A stretch of DNA of 64,000 nucleotides from an uncultured Alphaproteobacteria bacterium (GCA_950054485.1 CATLPD010000001.1:716121-780120); one strand, 5' to 3'; counted from the stretch's first letter, positions 36,955 to 47,692 are shown. A program made the numbers and translations. Notes: generated by a model from the sequence alone, not told the origin.

Positions 36955-37508
36955 ATGCGTTGAAGCGGCGCATCACTGCGCGGACGAAACGGCACAATGA
37001 CACCGACAACATTGTCAGCAGCCTTAACTGTTTTTGCAATCATGCGGCGGCGGGCTTCCTGTTTTTTACGGACCTTTTCCTCGGCAGATTCAAATTCGGA
37101 AATGGCGGTTTGATATCGCTGACCAATCATAATTTCATTAATTTTAAGGGCGCGGGCATAGAACATGCCACAGCATAATTCGATCATGCCGGCATCTTCG
37201 GCATCATATTCGCAGCCATCAAAAGCCACTTTTGAAATGCGGAAAAGCTGGCTGTCGCCGATGCGACGGGCATGTAAGACCACGGTCTCATCGCAGGCCT
37301 CGCCGATTTCACCCTCGAATTCATCGGTGTTTTTGAAATGATGGTTTAATTCAACAATCAGGTTACGCCCGTCATTGGCAAATCGTGCATGGGCACAGCC
37401 GCTGATTTCAGGCTCTGTTGCATCAATATAGTACCAACGCAGCTCTTTCTTTTCTTTAAGCTCGTTCAGACCCAGTTTGAATAAAAGATCGTTGATATCG
37501 TAATCCAT
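36951..37508 (-). CDS. Hypothetical protein
   Basis: ATG 37508 after GGGGGA; C-terminal NVV.VIVPFRPR. Confidence 0.7.
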   Translation of the reverse strand: MDYDINDLLFKLGLNELKEKKELRWYYIDATEPEISGCAHARFANDGRNLIVELNHHFKNTDEFEGEIGEACDETVVLHARRIGDSQLFRISKVAFDGCEYDAEDAGMIELCCGMFYARALKINEIMIGQRYQTAISEFESAEEKVRKKQEARRRMIAKTVKAADNVVGVIVPFRPRSDAPLQRI

Positions 37509-37685
37509 TTTTTCCCCCGCCCTGTTCGGGCATCTTAATTTATTGTATTTACGGCTCCCCAACCGTTGCAATATATAGGATATGGCATATTGATTACAAA
37601 AAAGTTAACAAAATCGGAGGCTTTCAATTTGAATTTTCAGCAAAATCGCTTTAAGAATCTTAGAAAAATATAAATAAGGAAGAAT

Positions 37686-38654
37686 ATGATACGTCACAGA
37701 CGCATGCGCCAACATAAATGGGTGCGGGATCTTGCCGCCGAAACAGTTTTAACCCCCAAAGACCTGATCTGGCCGGTTTTTGTTGTGGAGGGTGAAAACC
37801 AGTGTCAGCCCGTGGCATCGTTGCCAGGGGTGGATAGATATTCAATTGATATTCTGGTTTCTGAAGTCAAAAAAGCCCGTGACCTTGGTATTCCCGCTGT
37901 TGCGCTTTTCCCGGTAACGCCGGATGATAAAAAGACAGAAGACGGGCGCGCAGCGCTGGACGAAAATAACTTGATATGCAGGGCCCTATCCGAAATTAAA
38001 GATAAAGTTGCGGATATAGGACTTATCGCCGATGTGGCGCTGGATCCTTATACTTCGCACGGGCATGATGGTGTGGTTTCTGATGACGGATATGTATTGA
38101 ACGACGAAACCGTCGATATTCTCTGCAGGCAGGCTGTGCTTCAGGCGCGTGCGGGGGCCGATATTGTTGCCCCGTCCGATATGATGGATGGACGTATTGC
38201 AGCAATTCGCAAAGCCCTGGATGAAAACGGGTTGATTAATAAGATGATCCTGTCTTATGCCGTTAAATATGCATCGGCATTTTATGGGCCCTTTCGCGAT
38301 GCGGTCACATCTGCAGGCAATCTTAAGGGGGATAAAAAAACATACCAGATGAATCCTGCCAATCGTAAAATGGCCTTACGTGAAGCCCGCGCCGACGTAG
38401 GCGAGGGGGCGGATATGCTGATGGTTAAACCGGGGCTGCCCTATCTGGATATTATTCGTGATATTTCGCAATCCTGTGATTTGCCGGTTTTCGGATATCA
38501 TGTCAGTGGGGAATACGCCATGTTAAAAGCCGCCGCCCAAAACGGTTGGTTGAATTACGACGATTGTCTGCATGAAAAGCTGATCGGTTTCAAAAGGGCC
38601 GGATGCACTGGAATTTTAACCTATGCCGCGCGTGAAATGGCCGCAAAGCTTTAG
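37686..38654 (+). CDS. hemB: Porphobilinogen synthase
   Basis: DVALDPYTSHGHDG, PSDMMDGR, KYASAFYGPFRDA, MVKPG, VSGEY. Confidence 0.97.
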   Translation: MIRHRRMRQHKWVRDLAAETVLTPKDLIWPVFVVEGENQCQPVASLPGVDRYSIDILVSEVKKARDLGIPAVALFPVTPDDKKTEDGRAALDENNLICRALSEIKDKVADIGLIADVALDPYTSHGHDGVVSDDGYVLNDETVDILCRQAVLQARAGADIVAPSDMMDGRIAAIRKALDENGLINKMILSYAVKYASAFYGPFRDAVTSAGNLKGDKKTYQMNPANRKMALREARADVGEGADMLMVKPGLPYLDIIRDISQSCDLPVFGYHVSGEYAMLKAAAQNGWLNYDDCLHEKLIGFKRAGCTGILTYAAREMAAKL

Positions 38655-38785
38655 ACTTTTAGAACCGGATCGATTACGGTTTACTTTTTTTCGTTAAAAA
38701 TGTAAAAAAATGTATAAAAACGACCAAACACAATTGACATAATTTAAAGTCTGTAGTATTTATATAATAATTACAGGGTCAAAAC

Positions 38786-39358
38786 ATGAAGAAAATTGCT
38801 GAAAACTGCGCGAAAACCTATACGCGCCTTGCCGGAGAATTCACCCGCCTGAGTGCGCGTACTAATCCTCTTATCGTTGGGGTGCGCGGCATTTCATTTG
38901 GCGTGGATGTTGCTGCGGCTTTCTTGGTTATGTCAGCCCTGTCAGCTCCGGCAATCATGCCGATCTGCGTAACGGTATTTTCAGGTGTCATTGCCGCTGC
39001 CTTTTTCCATGAAACCTTCAAGGATCTGAAACGCATGAGAACTGCGATTCCGTTTTATACTGATCGTCAGGAAAAACAAAACAAGCTGGGTCAGGTCATC
39101 GGACAAGAGGATGTTTACGCAATGCCCCGCACGGCAACGGTTTTCTTGCAATCGATAGACGAAAAACTGGAAAAAATGACAAGAAAATACGATAAAACGA
39201 ATTTTAGCCTCGTAAAAGCCTTTTATGCCGTCAGAATTAAAAGCTGCAAAAAGACACGTGAGTCTGTTTTGACTGCAAAATACTCTGAAAAGCTACCTGG
39301 CGGGCGTTCTTATATCCGTGATTTCAGGCCTCAGCTGAATTCACCAGCCTCAGTTTAA
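38786..39358 (+). CDS. Hypothetical two-TM protein
   Basis: 190-aa ORF, upstream TTGACA..TAGTAT promoter-like sequence. Confidence 0.7.
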   Translation: MKKIAENCAKTYTRLAGEFTRLSARTNPLIVGVRGISFGVDVAAAFLVMSALSAPAIMPICVTVFSGVIAAAFFHETFKDLKRMRTAIPFYTDRQEKQNKLGQVIGQEDVYAMPRTATVFLQSIDEKLEKMTRKYDKTNFSLVKAFYAVRIKSCKKTRESVLTAKYSEKLPGGRSYIRDFRPQLNSPASV

Positions 39359-40365
39359 TTTTTTAAAAGTCCGAACAAGTTGCGCGGGTCATCCAACTCG
39401 CCGATGATGTCAAGATCCTCGTAGATATCGAATTCGCGGACTTTATCGTACACGTATCGCAATAGCGAGAAATCCTGCAAGGCAAAACCGACAGAATCAA
39501 AAATGGTGATTTCACGCTCGTTTTGACGGCCTTGTTTTTCGCCTTTGAAAATATGATGCATTTCAGTAACCGCAAAATCTTCGGGCATATGCTGGATTTC
39601 GCCTTCAATGCGGCTTTGGGGCTCGAATTCTACAAAAACAGATCCGCGCTTCAGGATATCCTGATGCAATTCGGTCTTACCGGGGCAATCCCCGCCAATT
39701 GCATTAATATGCATGCCCTGGCCAACCATGTTATCTGTCAGCACGGTGGCATATTGTTTGTCAGCGGTGCAGGTCGTGATGATATCCGCGCCCTGAACGG
39801 CATCCTGCCCGGTTTTACAGACAGTAATGTCAAAGCCTGAATCGGCCATGTTGCGCTGAAATTTCTCGGAGACTTTATAATCAATATCGTAGACGCGCAG
39901 GGTATCGATGCCTGTCAGCGCGCGAAAGGCATAGGCCTGAAATTCGGCCTGACATCCGGCGCCAATCATGCCCATGGTTTTGACATTATTATTTGCAAGA
40001 TATTTGGCGGTCAGGGCCGAAATTGCCGCAGTGCGCAGGGCCGTGCCGATTGTCATTTCAGATAATAACAGCGGATATCCCGTTTCAACGTCTGATAAAA
40101 CGCCAAAGGCGACAACGGTCTGAAGGCCCTTGTTGAAATTGCCTGGGTGGCCATTCACGTATTTAAAGCTGAACAGCTCGCGGTTTCCGGTTGGCATCAA
40201 TTCGATTACGCCGACATCGGAATGGTGCGCATAGCGCGGGCTTTTGTCAAAGTTGTCCCAGTTCTGATAGTCTTCTTTGATATATTCGGCCAGTTCGGTC
40301 ATCAGCGTTTCGATACCAATGCGGTTAACCAATTTGACCATATTTTCGGCACTTAAATATTTCAT
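39355..40365 (-). CDS. ocd: Ornithine cyclodeaminase
   Basis: GVIELMP, KYVNGHP, TALRTAA, GGDCPGKTEL, FDSVGFA. Confidence 0.93.
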   Translation of the reverse strand: MKYLSAENMVKLVNRIGIETLMTELAEYIKEDYQNWDNFDKSPRYAHHSDVGVIELMPTGNRELFSFKYVNGHPGNFNKGLQTVVAFGVLSDVETGYPLLLSEMTIGTALRTAAISALTAKYLANNNVKTMGMIGAGCQAEFQAYAFRALTGIDTLRVYDIDYKVSEKFQRNMADSGFDITVCKTGQDAVQGADIITTCTADKQYATVLTDNMVGQGMHINAIGGDCPGKTELHQDILKRGSVFVEFEPQSRIEGEIQHMPEDFAVTEMHHIFKGEKQGRQNEREITIFDSVGFALQDFSLLRYVYDKVREFDIYEDLDIIGELDDPRNLFGLLKN

Positions 40366-40451
40366 CTTGTCCAAGCTTTCTTTTTTGATTTTCTCTTTTA
40401 TACAAAAATGCTAGTCTTCCTTCAATTCAAAGTTGGTCAAAGGAGTCTGAC

Positions 40452-41573
40452 ATGCTGATTGGTGTGCCAAAAGAAATTAAAAATAACGAATTCCGTGTTG
40501 GTTTGCTGCCGTCTTCGGTGAAAGAATTCACAACGGCCGGGCATGATGTTCTGGTTCAAACGAACGCAGGTGCGTCGATTCATGCAACGGACGAAGAATA
40601 TATCAAGGCCGGTGCCACAATCGCCAAAGACGCAAAAGAAGTCTTTGCCAAGGCCGATATGATTATCAAGGTGAAAGAGCCCCAACCCGAGGAATGCAAA
40701 ATGCTGCGTAAGGGGCAGGTTTTATTCACATACCTGCATCTGGCAGCTGACAGAAAACAGGCTGAAGGCTTGATCGACAGCGGCTGTACAGCCATTGCCT
40801 ATGAAACAGTGACAGGCCCATTCGGTGGTTTGCCATTGCTGGCCCCAATGAGCGAGGTTGCAGGCCGTATGTCTGTTCAGGTCGGCGCGGTTGCGATGCA
40901 GATTGGAAACCGTGGCGGTTCAGGCCTTTTGATCGGCGGTGTACCGGGCGTTAAACCTGCGGATGTTGTGATTATCGGCGGCGGCGTTGCCGGAACGAAT
41001 GCGGCCAAAATGGCTGTTGGTTTGGATGCCAATGTTGTTATTCTCGAGCGTTCGCTGGATCGTATCCGCCAGCTTGAGGACTTATTCGGCCCGACTGCGA
41101 ATATCATTTATTCAACCAAGGCCAGTGTCGATCACTATGTTTTTAATTCCGATCTGATTATCGGCGCTGTTCTGATCCCGGGTGCGATTGCCCCGAAACT
41201 GATTACAAAAGATATGCTGAAACATATGCGCCCGGGTGCTGTGATCGTTGATATTGCGATTGATCAGGGCGGCTGTACAGAAACCAGCAAGCCCACAACC
41301 CATCAGGACCCAACATATATGGTTGATGGCATTTTGCATTATTGTGTTGCGAATATGCCGGGCGCTGTGGCACGCACGTCGTCACAGGCGCTGAATAACG
41401 CTGTTCTGCCCTATGCTTTGCAAATTGCAAACAAAGGCTGGCGCGCAGCATTGTCGGAAAATCCACACTTGATGGATGGCTTGACCGTGCATGAAGGCAA
41501 AATCACGCAAGCCGAAGTTGCGCAGGATCTGGGTTACGAATTCTTTGCTCCCGATCAACAGCTTGCGGCTTGA
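40452..41573 (+). CDS. ald: Alanine dehydrogenase
   Basis: GVPKEIKNNEFRV, KVKEP, TYLHLAA, PMSEVAG, IDQGG, VANMPGAV. Confidence 0.97.
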   Translation: MLIGVPKEIKNNEFRVGLLPSSVKEFTTAGHDVLVQTNAGASIHATDEEYIKAGATIAKDAKEVFAKADMIIKVKEPQPEECKMLRKGQVLFTYLHLAADRKQAEGLIDSGCTAIAYETVTGPFGGLPLLAPMSEVAGRMSVQVGAVAMQIGNRGGSGLLIGGVPGVKPADVVIIGGGVAGTNAAKMAVGLDANVVILERSLDRIRQLEDLFGPTANIIYSTKASVDHYVFNSDLIIGAVLIPGAIAPKLITKDMLKHMRPGAVIVDIAIDQGGCTETSKPTTHQDPTYMVDGILHYCVANMPGAVARTSSQALNNAVLPYALQIANKGWRAALSENPHLMDGLTVHEGKITQAEVAQDLGYEFFAPDQQLAA

Positions 41574-41622
41574 CATAATTTTATTTCCGGTGTAGGTTTG
41601 TCTTGAAATCAAGGAGTTCAAG

Positions 41623-41937
41623 ATGAAAAAACTATCAGAAAGCTTTAATGAAATTACCGTTGCGCGCGGCGAAAAGTTTCAAATTGAATTAAAAGAAAAT
41701 CCATCATCAGGATATCGCTGGCGTTTTCAGGTTGTCAGCGGCAAGGTTTCTAAAGTGGATGACAAGTTCGAACGTGACGAGCCACGGGCCAATGTCGTGG
41801 GTGGTTTGGGTACACGCCGCATGACGTATAATGCTTATGGCGGCAAAGACATTACCATCCGCGCCCTTTACAAAAGATCGTGGGAAAAAGATTCGGATGC
41901 AGCAGGTAATTTGACTTTGAAGGTTAAAATCCGTTAG
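41623..41937 (+). CDS. Chagasin/I42-family cysteine protease inhibitor
   Basis: ENPSSGYRW, VGG.G and Y.RSWE loops. Confidence 0.85.
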   Translation: MKKLSESFNEITVARGEKFQIELKENPSSGYRWRFQVVSGKVSKVDDKFERDEPRANVVGGLGTRRMTYNAYGGKDITIRALYKRSWEKDSDAAGNLTLKVKIR

Positions 41938-42782
41938 GTCGCAGCCTCAAGCGTATTTTCAAGTAACATCGCAATAGTCATCGGACCAACCCCGCCCGGA
42001 ACAGGCGTGATGGCGCAATTGCGCTTGCTTGTAACGTCCTGAAAATCAACATCCCCCACCAGACGGCATTCATCAATGCGGTTAATGCCAACATCTATAA
42101 CAATCGCGCCATCTTTCACGTGTTGCGCCGTAATCAGGTTCGGCACGCCTGTTGCGATGACCAGAATATCGGCATCTTTGCAGGCATCAACCAGATCAGC
42201 CGTTTTTGAATGCGCCTGTGTTACTGTACAATTTTCTTGAATTAACAGCTGCGCCATAGGGCGCCCAACAAGGGCCGAGGCACCGACGACGGTCGCTTTC
42301 AGCCCAGTCAGATCGTGACGTATGGATTTAATTAAATACAAACATCCCTTTGGTGTGCAGGGCACTGCCGTATTCTGGCGTAAAACCAGTTGCCCCAGAT
42401 TATAGGGGTGCAGGCCGTCGACATCTTTGGCGGGGGTAATCACATTTATGATTTTTTGTTTGTTAATATGCGCGGGCAGGGGCAATTGTACCAATATGCC
42501 ATGTACATTTTGATCTGTGTTCAAACGCTCAATCAGGCGCAGGATATCCGCCTCGCTGGCGTCCTCGGATAATAAATGCACATAGGAATTCATACCCGTA
42601 TCGGATGCCGCCTTACGTTTTGCGGCGACATAGATCTGACTTGCGGGGCTTTTACCCACCAATACGACGGCAAGGCCCGGCACGCGGCCTGTTTCATCCA
42701 TCAGTATTCGCGTTTTTTTTGTAATATCATCACGCAGGCCGCTCGCAATTGCCCGGCCGTCTATAATCCGGATATCAGGCAT
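41934..42782 (-). CDS. folD: Methylenetetrahydrofolate dehydrogenase/cyclohydrolase
   Basis: HGILVQLPLP, KDVDG.HP, PCTP.G, DVGINR, TPVPGGVGPMT. Confidence 0.97.
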   Translation of the reverse strand: MPDIRIIDGRAIASGLRDDITKKTRILMDETGRVPGLAVVLVGKSPASQIYVAAKRKAASDTGMNSYVHLLSEDASEADILRLIERLNTDQNVHGILVQLPLPAHINKQKIINVITPAKDVDGLHPYNLGQLVLRQNTAVPCTPKGCLYLIKSIRHDLTGLKATVVGASALVGRPMAQLLIQENCTVTQAHSKTADLVDACKDADILVIATGVPNLITAQHVKDGAIVIDVGINRIDECRLVGDVDFQDVTSKRNCAITPVPGGVGPMTIAMLLENTLEAAT

Positions 42783-43060
42783 TAATAGGCAAGACCCCGC
42801 AGCAGGGCTTGGATAATCATCAGGCCAAAGATAGCAATAACAGGCGAGAAATCCATGCCCCCGATCGGCGGCACATGTTTTCTGATTTTCAAAATGACCG
42901 GATTGGTGATTGCATTAATGGCCGTGCAGAATTTGTAGACCCATTTATTACGGGCATTTAAAACATCTAATGCAACCATCCAGCTGATAATGACGGCAAT
43001 CACGATGATCCAGATATAAACATCAAGTGCCCAGATCAAAAGTCCAATAAGTGGTGTCAT
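42782..43060 (-). CDS. yggT: YggT-family membrane protein
   Basis: ISW, T.P....IR..VPPIGGMDFSP; upstream of folD. Confidence 0.9.
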   Translation of the reverse strand: MTPLIGLLIWALDVYIWIIVIAVIISWMVALDVLNARNKWVYKFCTAINAITNPVILKIRKHVPPIGGMDFSPVIAIFGLMIIQALLRGLAY

Positions 43061-43131
43061 GTTTTTTCCTCTTGCAATTTCCCCTTTACTATACCAGCTT
43101 TAATGCGAAGGAAAAGAAGAAAGGAAGACTT

Positions 43132-43614
43132 ATGGATTTGGAAAATACACTGTATCTTGATTTGGAAGATGGCCGCGTTGTCATTCAATTGCGTCCCGAT
43201 CTGGCGCCAAAACACGTCAAACGTATCAAGGAATTGGCGCGCGAAGGCTATTATGATGGCTTAATATTTCACCGCGTGATTCCGGGCTTTATGGCGCAAA
43301 CGGGTTGTCCTGACGGGCAGGGAACGGGCGGATCGGGCCAGAAGCTGCAGGCAGAATTCAACGACGAGCCCTATGTGCGTGGAACCTGCGGCATGGCGCG
43401 TACGACGAACCCTGACAGTGCCGACAGCCAGTTTTTCATTACATTTGATGATACACCGCATCTGGACGGACAATATACAGTATGGGGTCAAGTCGTCGAG
43501 GGAATGGAACACGTTGACAGTATAAATGAGGGAGAGCCGCCGGAAGATCCGACAGCAATTAAATCAATGAGCGTTGCGGCAGATGCCGATGCGAAAAAGG
43601 AGAAAAAAGCATGA
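43132..43614 (+). CDS. Cyclophilin-type peptidyl-prolyl isomerase (cytoplasmic)
   Basis: FHRVIPGFMAQTG, GMAR, SQFFI. Confidence 0.94.
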   Translation: MDLENTLYLDLEDGRVVIQLRPDLAPKHVKRIKELAREGYYDGLIFHRVIPGFMAQTGCPDGQGTGGSGQKLQAEFNDEPYVRGTCGMARTTNPDSADSQFFITFDDTPHLDGQYTVWGQVVEGMEHVDSINEGEPPEDPTAIKSMSVAADADAKKEKKA

Positions 43615-44171
43615 GTAAATTAATCGCAATTTTTACAGCCCTGTTCATGTTGGCGGTGGTACCGATGGCAAATGCACAGGATATCACGGACCCTGAAAAC
43701 ACGCTGATCCTGCAGTTAAAAGATGGACCGGTTTACATTCAATTGCGTCCCGATCTGGCGCCAAACCATACAGCCCGCATCAAGGAGCTGACACGCCAGG
43801 GTTTTTACGATGGAATCGTATTCCACCGTGTGATCGAAGGTTTTATGGCACAAACAGGTGACCCGACAGGCACAGGAACAGGGGGATCAGGTCAGAATAT
43901 AGACGCTGAATTCACATCGACCCCGTTTGAACGTGGTACGGTTGGTATGGCCCGATCAAACAACCCAAATTCTGCGGACAGCCAGTTCTTCATCAACTTT
44001 GTCCCGACACCATTTTTGAATAACAACTATACTGTTGTGGGCGAGGTGATTTCAGGTATGGAATATGTTGATAATATCACACGCGGCGAGCCGCCGATGA
44101 ATCCGGACAAAATCGTTTCGATGAAGGTTGCGGCCGATGCCGAGCGTACAAACAATCTGACAGTCGAATAA
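43611..44171 (+). CDS. Cyclophilin-type peptidyl-prolyl isomerase (exported)
   Basis: Signal peptide ending ANA; FHRVIEGFMAQTGDP, SQFFI. Confidence 0.94.
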   Translation: MSKLIAIFTALFMLAVVPMANAQDITDPENTLILQLKDGPVYIQLRPDLAPNHTARIKELTRQGFYDGIVFHRVIEGFMAQTGDPTGTGTGGSGQNIDAEFTSTPFERGTVGMARSNNPNSADSQFFINFVPTPFLNNNYTVVGEVISGMEYVDNITRGEPPMNPDKIVSMKVAADAERTNNLTVE

Positions 44172-44189
44172 ACTGTGTCTGAATAATTT

Positions 44190-44217
44190 AAAAGGCGGTC
44201 TTTGGGCCGCCTTTTTT
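44190..44217 (+). terminator. Intrinsic terminator
   Basis: AAAAGGCGGTC-TTTG-GGCCGCCTTTTTT. Confidence 0.85.
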
Positions 44218-44308
44218 ATTGCCGTCTTTTATACGTCTCGGGGCGTGACATTGAAAATAACACGTGGTAATTTATCTTGGATAAAAGTAAACCAAACGGG
44301 ATATAACC

Positions 44309-45058
44309 ATGAAAATTCTTGTCGCTGTCAAACGGGTACTGGACTACAACGTCAAGGCGCGCGTCAAATCAGACCAGTCGGGCGTTGATCTGTCGAATGT
44401 CAAAATGTCGATGAACCCATTTTGTGAAATCGCGGTTGAAGAAGCCGTACGCATGAAAGAAAAGGGCCTTGCTGAAGAAATTATCACCGTTTCAATCGGC
44501 CCGTCACAGGCGCAGGAAACATTGCGGACATCACTTGCGATGGGGGCAGACCGCAGTATCCTGATCGAAATAGATGAAAATGTTGAACCGCTGGCCGTTG
44601 CCAAATTGTTAAAAGGCGTCGTTGAAAAAGAAAGCCCAAATCTTGTTATCATGGGTAAACAATCCATTGATGGCGATAACAACCAGACAGGCCAGATGTT
44701 GGCGGCATTGCTGGGCTGGGGTCAGGGCACATTTGCATCCAAAGTTGAAAAAGACGGCGATCAATTGAAAGTCACAAGGGAAGTCGACGGCGGTTTGGAA
44801 ACAGTCGGCCTGAAACTGCCTGCGGTTGTCACAACCGATCTGCGTTTGAACGAGCCGCGTTATGCGTCCCTGCCGAATATTATGAAGGCCAAGAAAAAGC
44901 CGCTGGATACAATGGCGCCGTCTGATTTCGGCGTTGATGTCAGCCCGCGCGTTGTTACCCTTAAAGTCACCGAGCCGCCAAAACGCGAAGCCGGTATCAA
45001 GGTTGAAAGCGTCGAACAACTTGTCGATAAACTGCAAAACGAAGCAAAGGTAATATAA
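44309..45058 (+). CDS. etfB: Electron transfer flavoprotein beta subunit
   Basis: [42 protein letters not shown]. Confidence 0.97.
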   Translation: MKILVAVKRVLDYNVKARVKSDQSGVDLSNVKMSMNPFCEIAVEEAVRMKEKGLAEEIITVSIGPSQAQETLRTSLAMGADRSILIEIDENVEPLAVAKLLKGVVEKESPNLVIMGKQSIDGDNNQTGQMLAALLGWGQGTFASKVEKDGDQLKVTREVDGGLETVGLKLPAVVTTDLRLNEPRYASLPNIMKAKKKPLDTMAPSDFGVDVSPRVVTLKVTEPPKREAGIKVESVEQLVDKLQNEAKVI

Positions 45059-45059
45059 T

Positions 45060-46016
45060 ATGTCGATTTTATTAGTTGCAGAACATGATCATAAATCTTT
45101 AAATCCGGCCACTTTAAATGCAGTGACCGCCGCTACCAAGATCGGTGGTGATATCACCATTCTGGTTGCAGGTGAAAATTGCGGCCCATCAGCAGATTCT
45201 GCTGCAAAGGTTGCCGGCGTATCCAAAGTTTTGAAAGCGGATAACGCATCATTCGGCCATCATTTGGCAGAACCGATGGCGGATTTGATCGTCGAGCAAG
45301 CCAAAAGCGGCGGTTATAAATATGTTCTGGCCCCTGCGACAACCATGGGGAAAAACATTATGCCGCGTGTTGCCGCGATGCTGGATACACAGCAGGTTTC
45401 GGATATTATCGCTGTTGAAAGTGCCGATACATTCGTTCGCCCGATCTATGCCGGTAACGCAATCGCAACGGTGCAAAGCAAAGATGATGTAAAAGTTATC
45501 ACGGTTCGTACCACGGGCTTTGATAAGGCGGCTGCTGAAGGCGGCAGCGCATCTGTCGAAGATATATCCGCATCAGGCGCGTCAGATCTATCGTCTTTTG
45601 TCGGTCAGGAGCTGACAGAATCCGAACGCCCTGAATTGACCAGCGCAGGCATTGTTATCTCAGGTGGCCGCGGCGTTGGATCGGCTGAAAACTTTGAGAT
45701 GATCGAAGATTTGGCAGATACGCTGGGTGCTGCGGTCGGCGCATCACGTGCGGCGGTTGATGCGGGCTATGTTCCAAACGATTATCAGGTCGGACAAACA
45801 GGTAAAGTTGTTGCCCCCGATCTTTATATGGCTATTGGTATTTCAGGTGCGATTCAGCATTTGGCCGGTATGAAAGATTCAAAGGTGATTGTTGCCATCA
45901 ATAAAGATGAAGACGCACCGATTTTTCAGGTGGCCGATTATGGTCTGGTTGCCGATCTATTTGATGCGGTTCCGAAACTGAAAACCGCTTTGGAAAACCT
46001 TAAGCAAGCCGCCTAA
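45060..46016 (+). CDS. etfA: Electron transfer flavoprotein alpha subunit
   Basis: RPIYAGN, SGGRG, ASRAAVD, QVGQTGK, GISGAIQHLAGM. Confidence 0.97.
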   Translation: MSILLVAEHDHKSLNPATLNAVTAATKIGGDITILVAGENCGPSADSAAKVAGVSKVLKADNASFGHHLAEPMADLIVEQAKSGGYKYVLAPATTMGKNIMPRVAAMLDTQQVSDIIAVESADTFVRPIYAGNAIATVQSKDDVKVITVRTTGFDKAAAEGGSASVEDISASGASDLSSFVGQELTESERPELTSAGIVISGGRGVGSAENFEMIEDLADTLGAAVGASRAAVDAGYVPNDYQVGQTGKVVAPDLYMAIGISGAIQHLAGMKDSKVIVAINKDEDAPIFQVADYGLVADLFDAVPKLKTALENLKQAA

Positions 46017-46022
46017 AACACC

Positions 46023-47687
46023 ATGAAAAAAATCAAATTACCGTTTGATCTTTCCAAAAAATCGCTGAAGGTTTTGGAAAAAACATATCTGTTGCCAGCC
46101 CTTCGTGAGTTCAGGAAATGGCGCAATAAAGAATTTATCAAACCTGTGGCGCATCAGGATATCATCGGCCTTGTGATCGAGGACGGGCGGATGACATCAC
46201 GCTATTCCTTTATGATTGTCATGTCCTGCGCGATTGCTATTTTAGGTCTTTTGTTATCATCACCTGCTGTTGTGATCGGTGCGATGTTGATCTCCCCGCT
46301 GATGGGGCCGATCATGTCGCTCGGTTTTTCATTATGTGTTGTTGATTACAGACAAATGCGTAAATCGCTTGAGGCTTTGGCGATTGGAACCTGCCTTGCG
46401 CTTGCCATCTCGATGATCATCGTTTTCTTTTCGCCCTTGACGGATGCAACACCTGAAATTATGGCGCGAACCAAGCCCAATTTATTTGACCTGTTGGTGG
46501 CGGTGTTTTCGGGCCTTGCGGGTGGCTATGCGACCATTAAACAAAAAGGCGCGACAATTGTCGGCGTTGCGATTGCGACAGCCTTGATGCCGCCTTTGGC
46601 TGTTGTCGGATATGGTGTTGCAACCGTTTCCTGGTCGATTGCGGGGGGTGCGTTCTTTTTATTCATGACAAACCTTTTGGCAATTGCGCTGAGCGTCACG
46701 CTGCTGGCGAAATGGTATGGGTTTGGTGAACATCATTCGCCTGTTCATACGCTGCGCAAAACACTCGCGGTTTTTGCGGTCTTTATTTTGCTGTCTATTC
46801 CGCTCGGGATATCGCTTTCAAAAATCGCCTATCAGGCCTATGCGACGAAAACAGCGCAGTTTGAAATTGATGATTATTTCAAAAACTATGACAGCCGGAT
46901 TGCCAATTTTGATATCAACTTCAAGGACAAGGAAAATGTCGTGATTGATACGGTAATTGTCACAACAAAATACCAACCCGATGCGCAAAACGTTCTGGCA
47001 GAGCGTTTAAGCGCCTCGCTGGATACAAATGTTTTGGTATCTGTTGATCAGATTATTGTTGCGCGTGAACAGGTCAAAGATCAGGCATTGGCTGAGGCTG
47101 AAACCCTTTTGCGAAACAATATTCAAAACCGTCTGGCCGAAGTCGACCTGCGCGAGGATATGATTAACAGCATCCGAAGCACCGCTTTTTTCCCGCTTGA
47201 GTTCATCAATATCGATCAGGATCAGAAAATTATTTCCGTTTCACCAGCGTCATCGGATGAATTAACGATATCGCTGTTGCGTGAATTCGAAAATAATCTG
47301 CGTACCCGTTTTCCCGAATGGACGGTAATGGTTGTTCCCAATACACAGACCCTGCCGACAATCTATTTTGATGTCGGTGAAAGCGAATTAAATGATGCGG
47401 CCTTAAACCGTATTGATGATGCGGCCTGGGCCCTGCGCCGCTGGAATATCAATGATGTTCTTGTGATGGGGTATGCCAGCACACTTGGCGGCAGCCGATC
47501 GACGGTCAACCGTCAATTGGCCTTTGATCGCGCCAGCAACGTTGCAAATATCCTGAATGAAAGCGGGGTTGAAACGTCGCTTCGCAGTGAATTCGGCCGT
47601 TTCGACCAAAGCCGCGACGAACGGGACTATGGTATGAACAGCCTGCATAAGGTCGAAATCAGATTTAATTCAAACAGCATTCAATAA
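46023..47687 (+). CDS. DUF389/TIGR00341 membrane protein with C-terminal OmpA-like domain
   Basis: SPAVVIGAMLISPLMGPI, GVAIATALMPPL; C-terminal IYFD..S.L, GYAS..G, N.QLA..RA. Confidence 0.85.
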   Translation: MKKIKLPFDLSKKSLKVLEKTYLLPALREFRKWRNKEFIKPVAHQDIIGLVIEDGRMTSRYSFMIVMSCAIAILGLLLSSPAVVIGAMLISPLMGPIMSLGFSLCVVDYRQMRKSLEALAIGTCLALAISMIIVFFSPLTDATPEIMARTKPNLFDLLVAVFSGLAGGYATIKQKGATIVGVAIATALMPPLAVVGYGVATVSWSIAGGAFFLFMTNLLAIALSVTLLAKWYGFGEHHSPVHTLRKTLAVFAVFILLSIPLGISLSKIAYQAYATKTAQFEIDDYFKNYDSRIANFDINFKDKENVVIDTVIVTTKYQPDAQNVLAERLSASLDTNVLVSVDQIIVAREQVKDQALAEAETLLRNNIQNRLAEVDLREDMINSIRSTAFFPLEFINIDQDQKIISVSPASSDELTISLLREFENNLRTRFPEWTVMVVPNTQTLPTIYFDVGESELNDAALNRIDDAAWALRRWNINDVLVMGYASTLGGSRSTVNRQLAFDRASNVANILNESGVETSLRSEFGRFDQSRDERDYGMNSLHKVEIRFNSNSIQ

Positions 47688-47692
47688 AAAAA

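Noticed and set aside
37595-37610. TTAC-N7-TTAAC, CtrA-box-like site upstream of hemB
   Set aside because: Imperfect match in an AT-rich intergenic region; not distinguishable from chance
43132-44171. Near-identical DNA stretch shared by the two cyclophilin genes
   Set aside because: Ordinary tandem paralogs, a common arrangement in alphaproteobacteria
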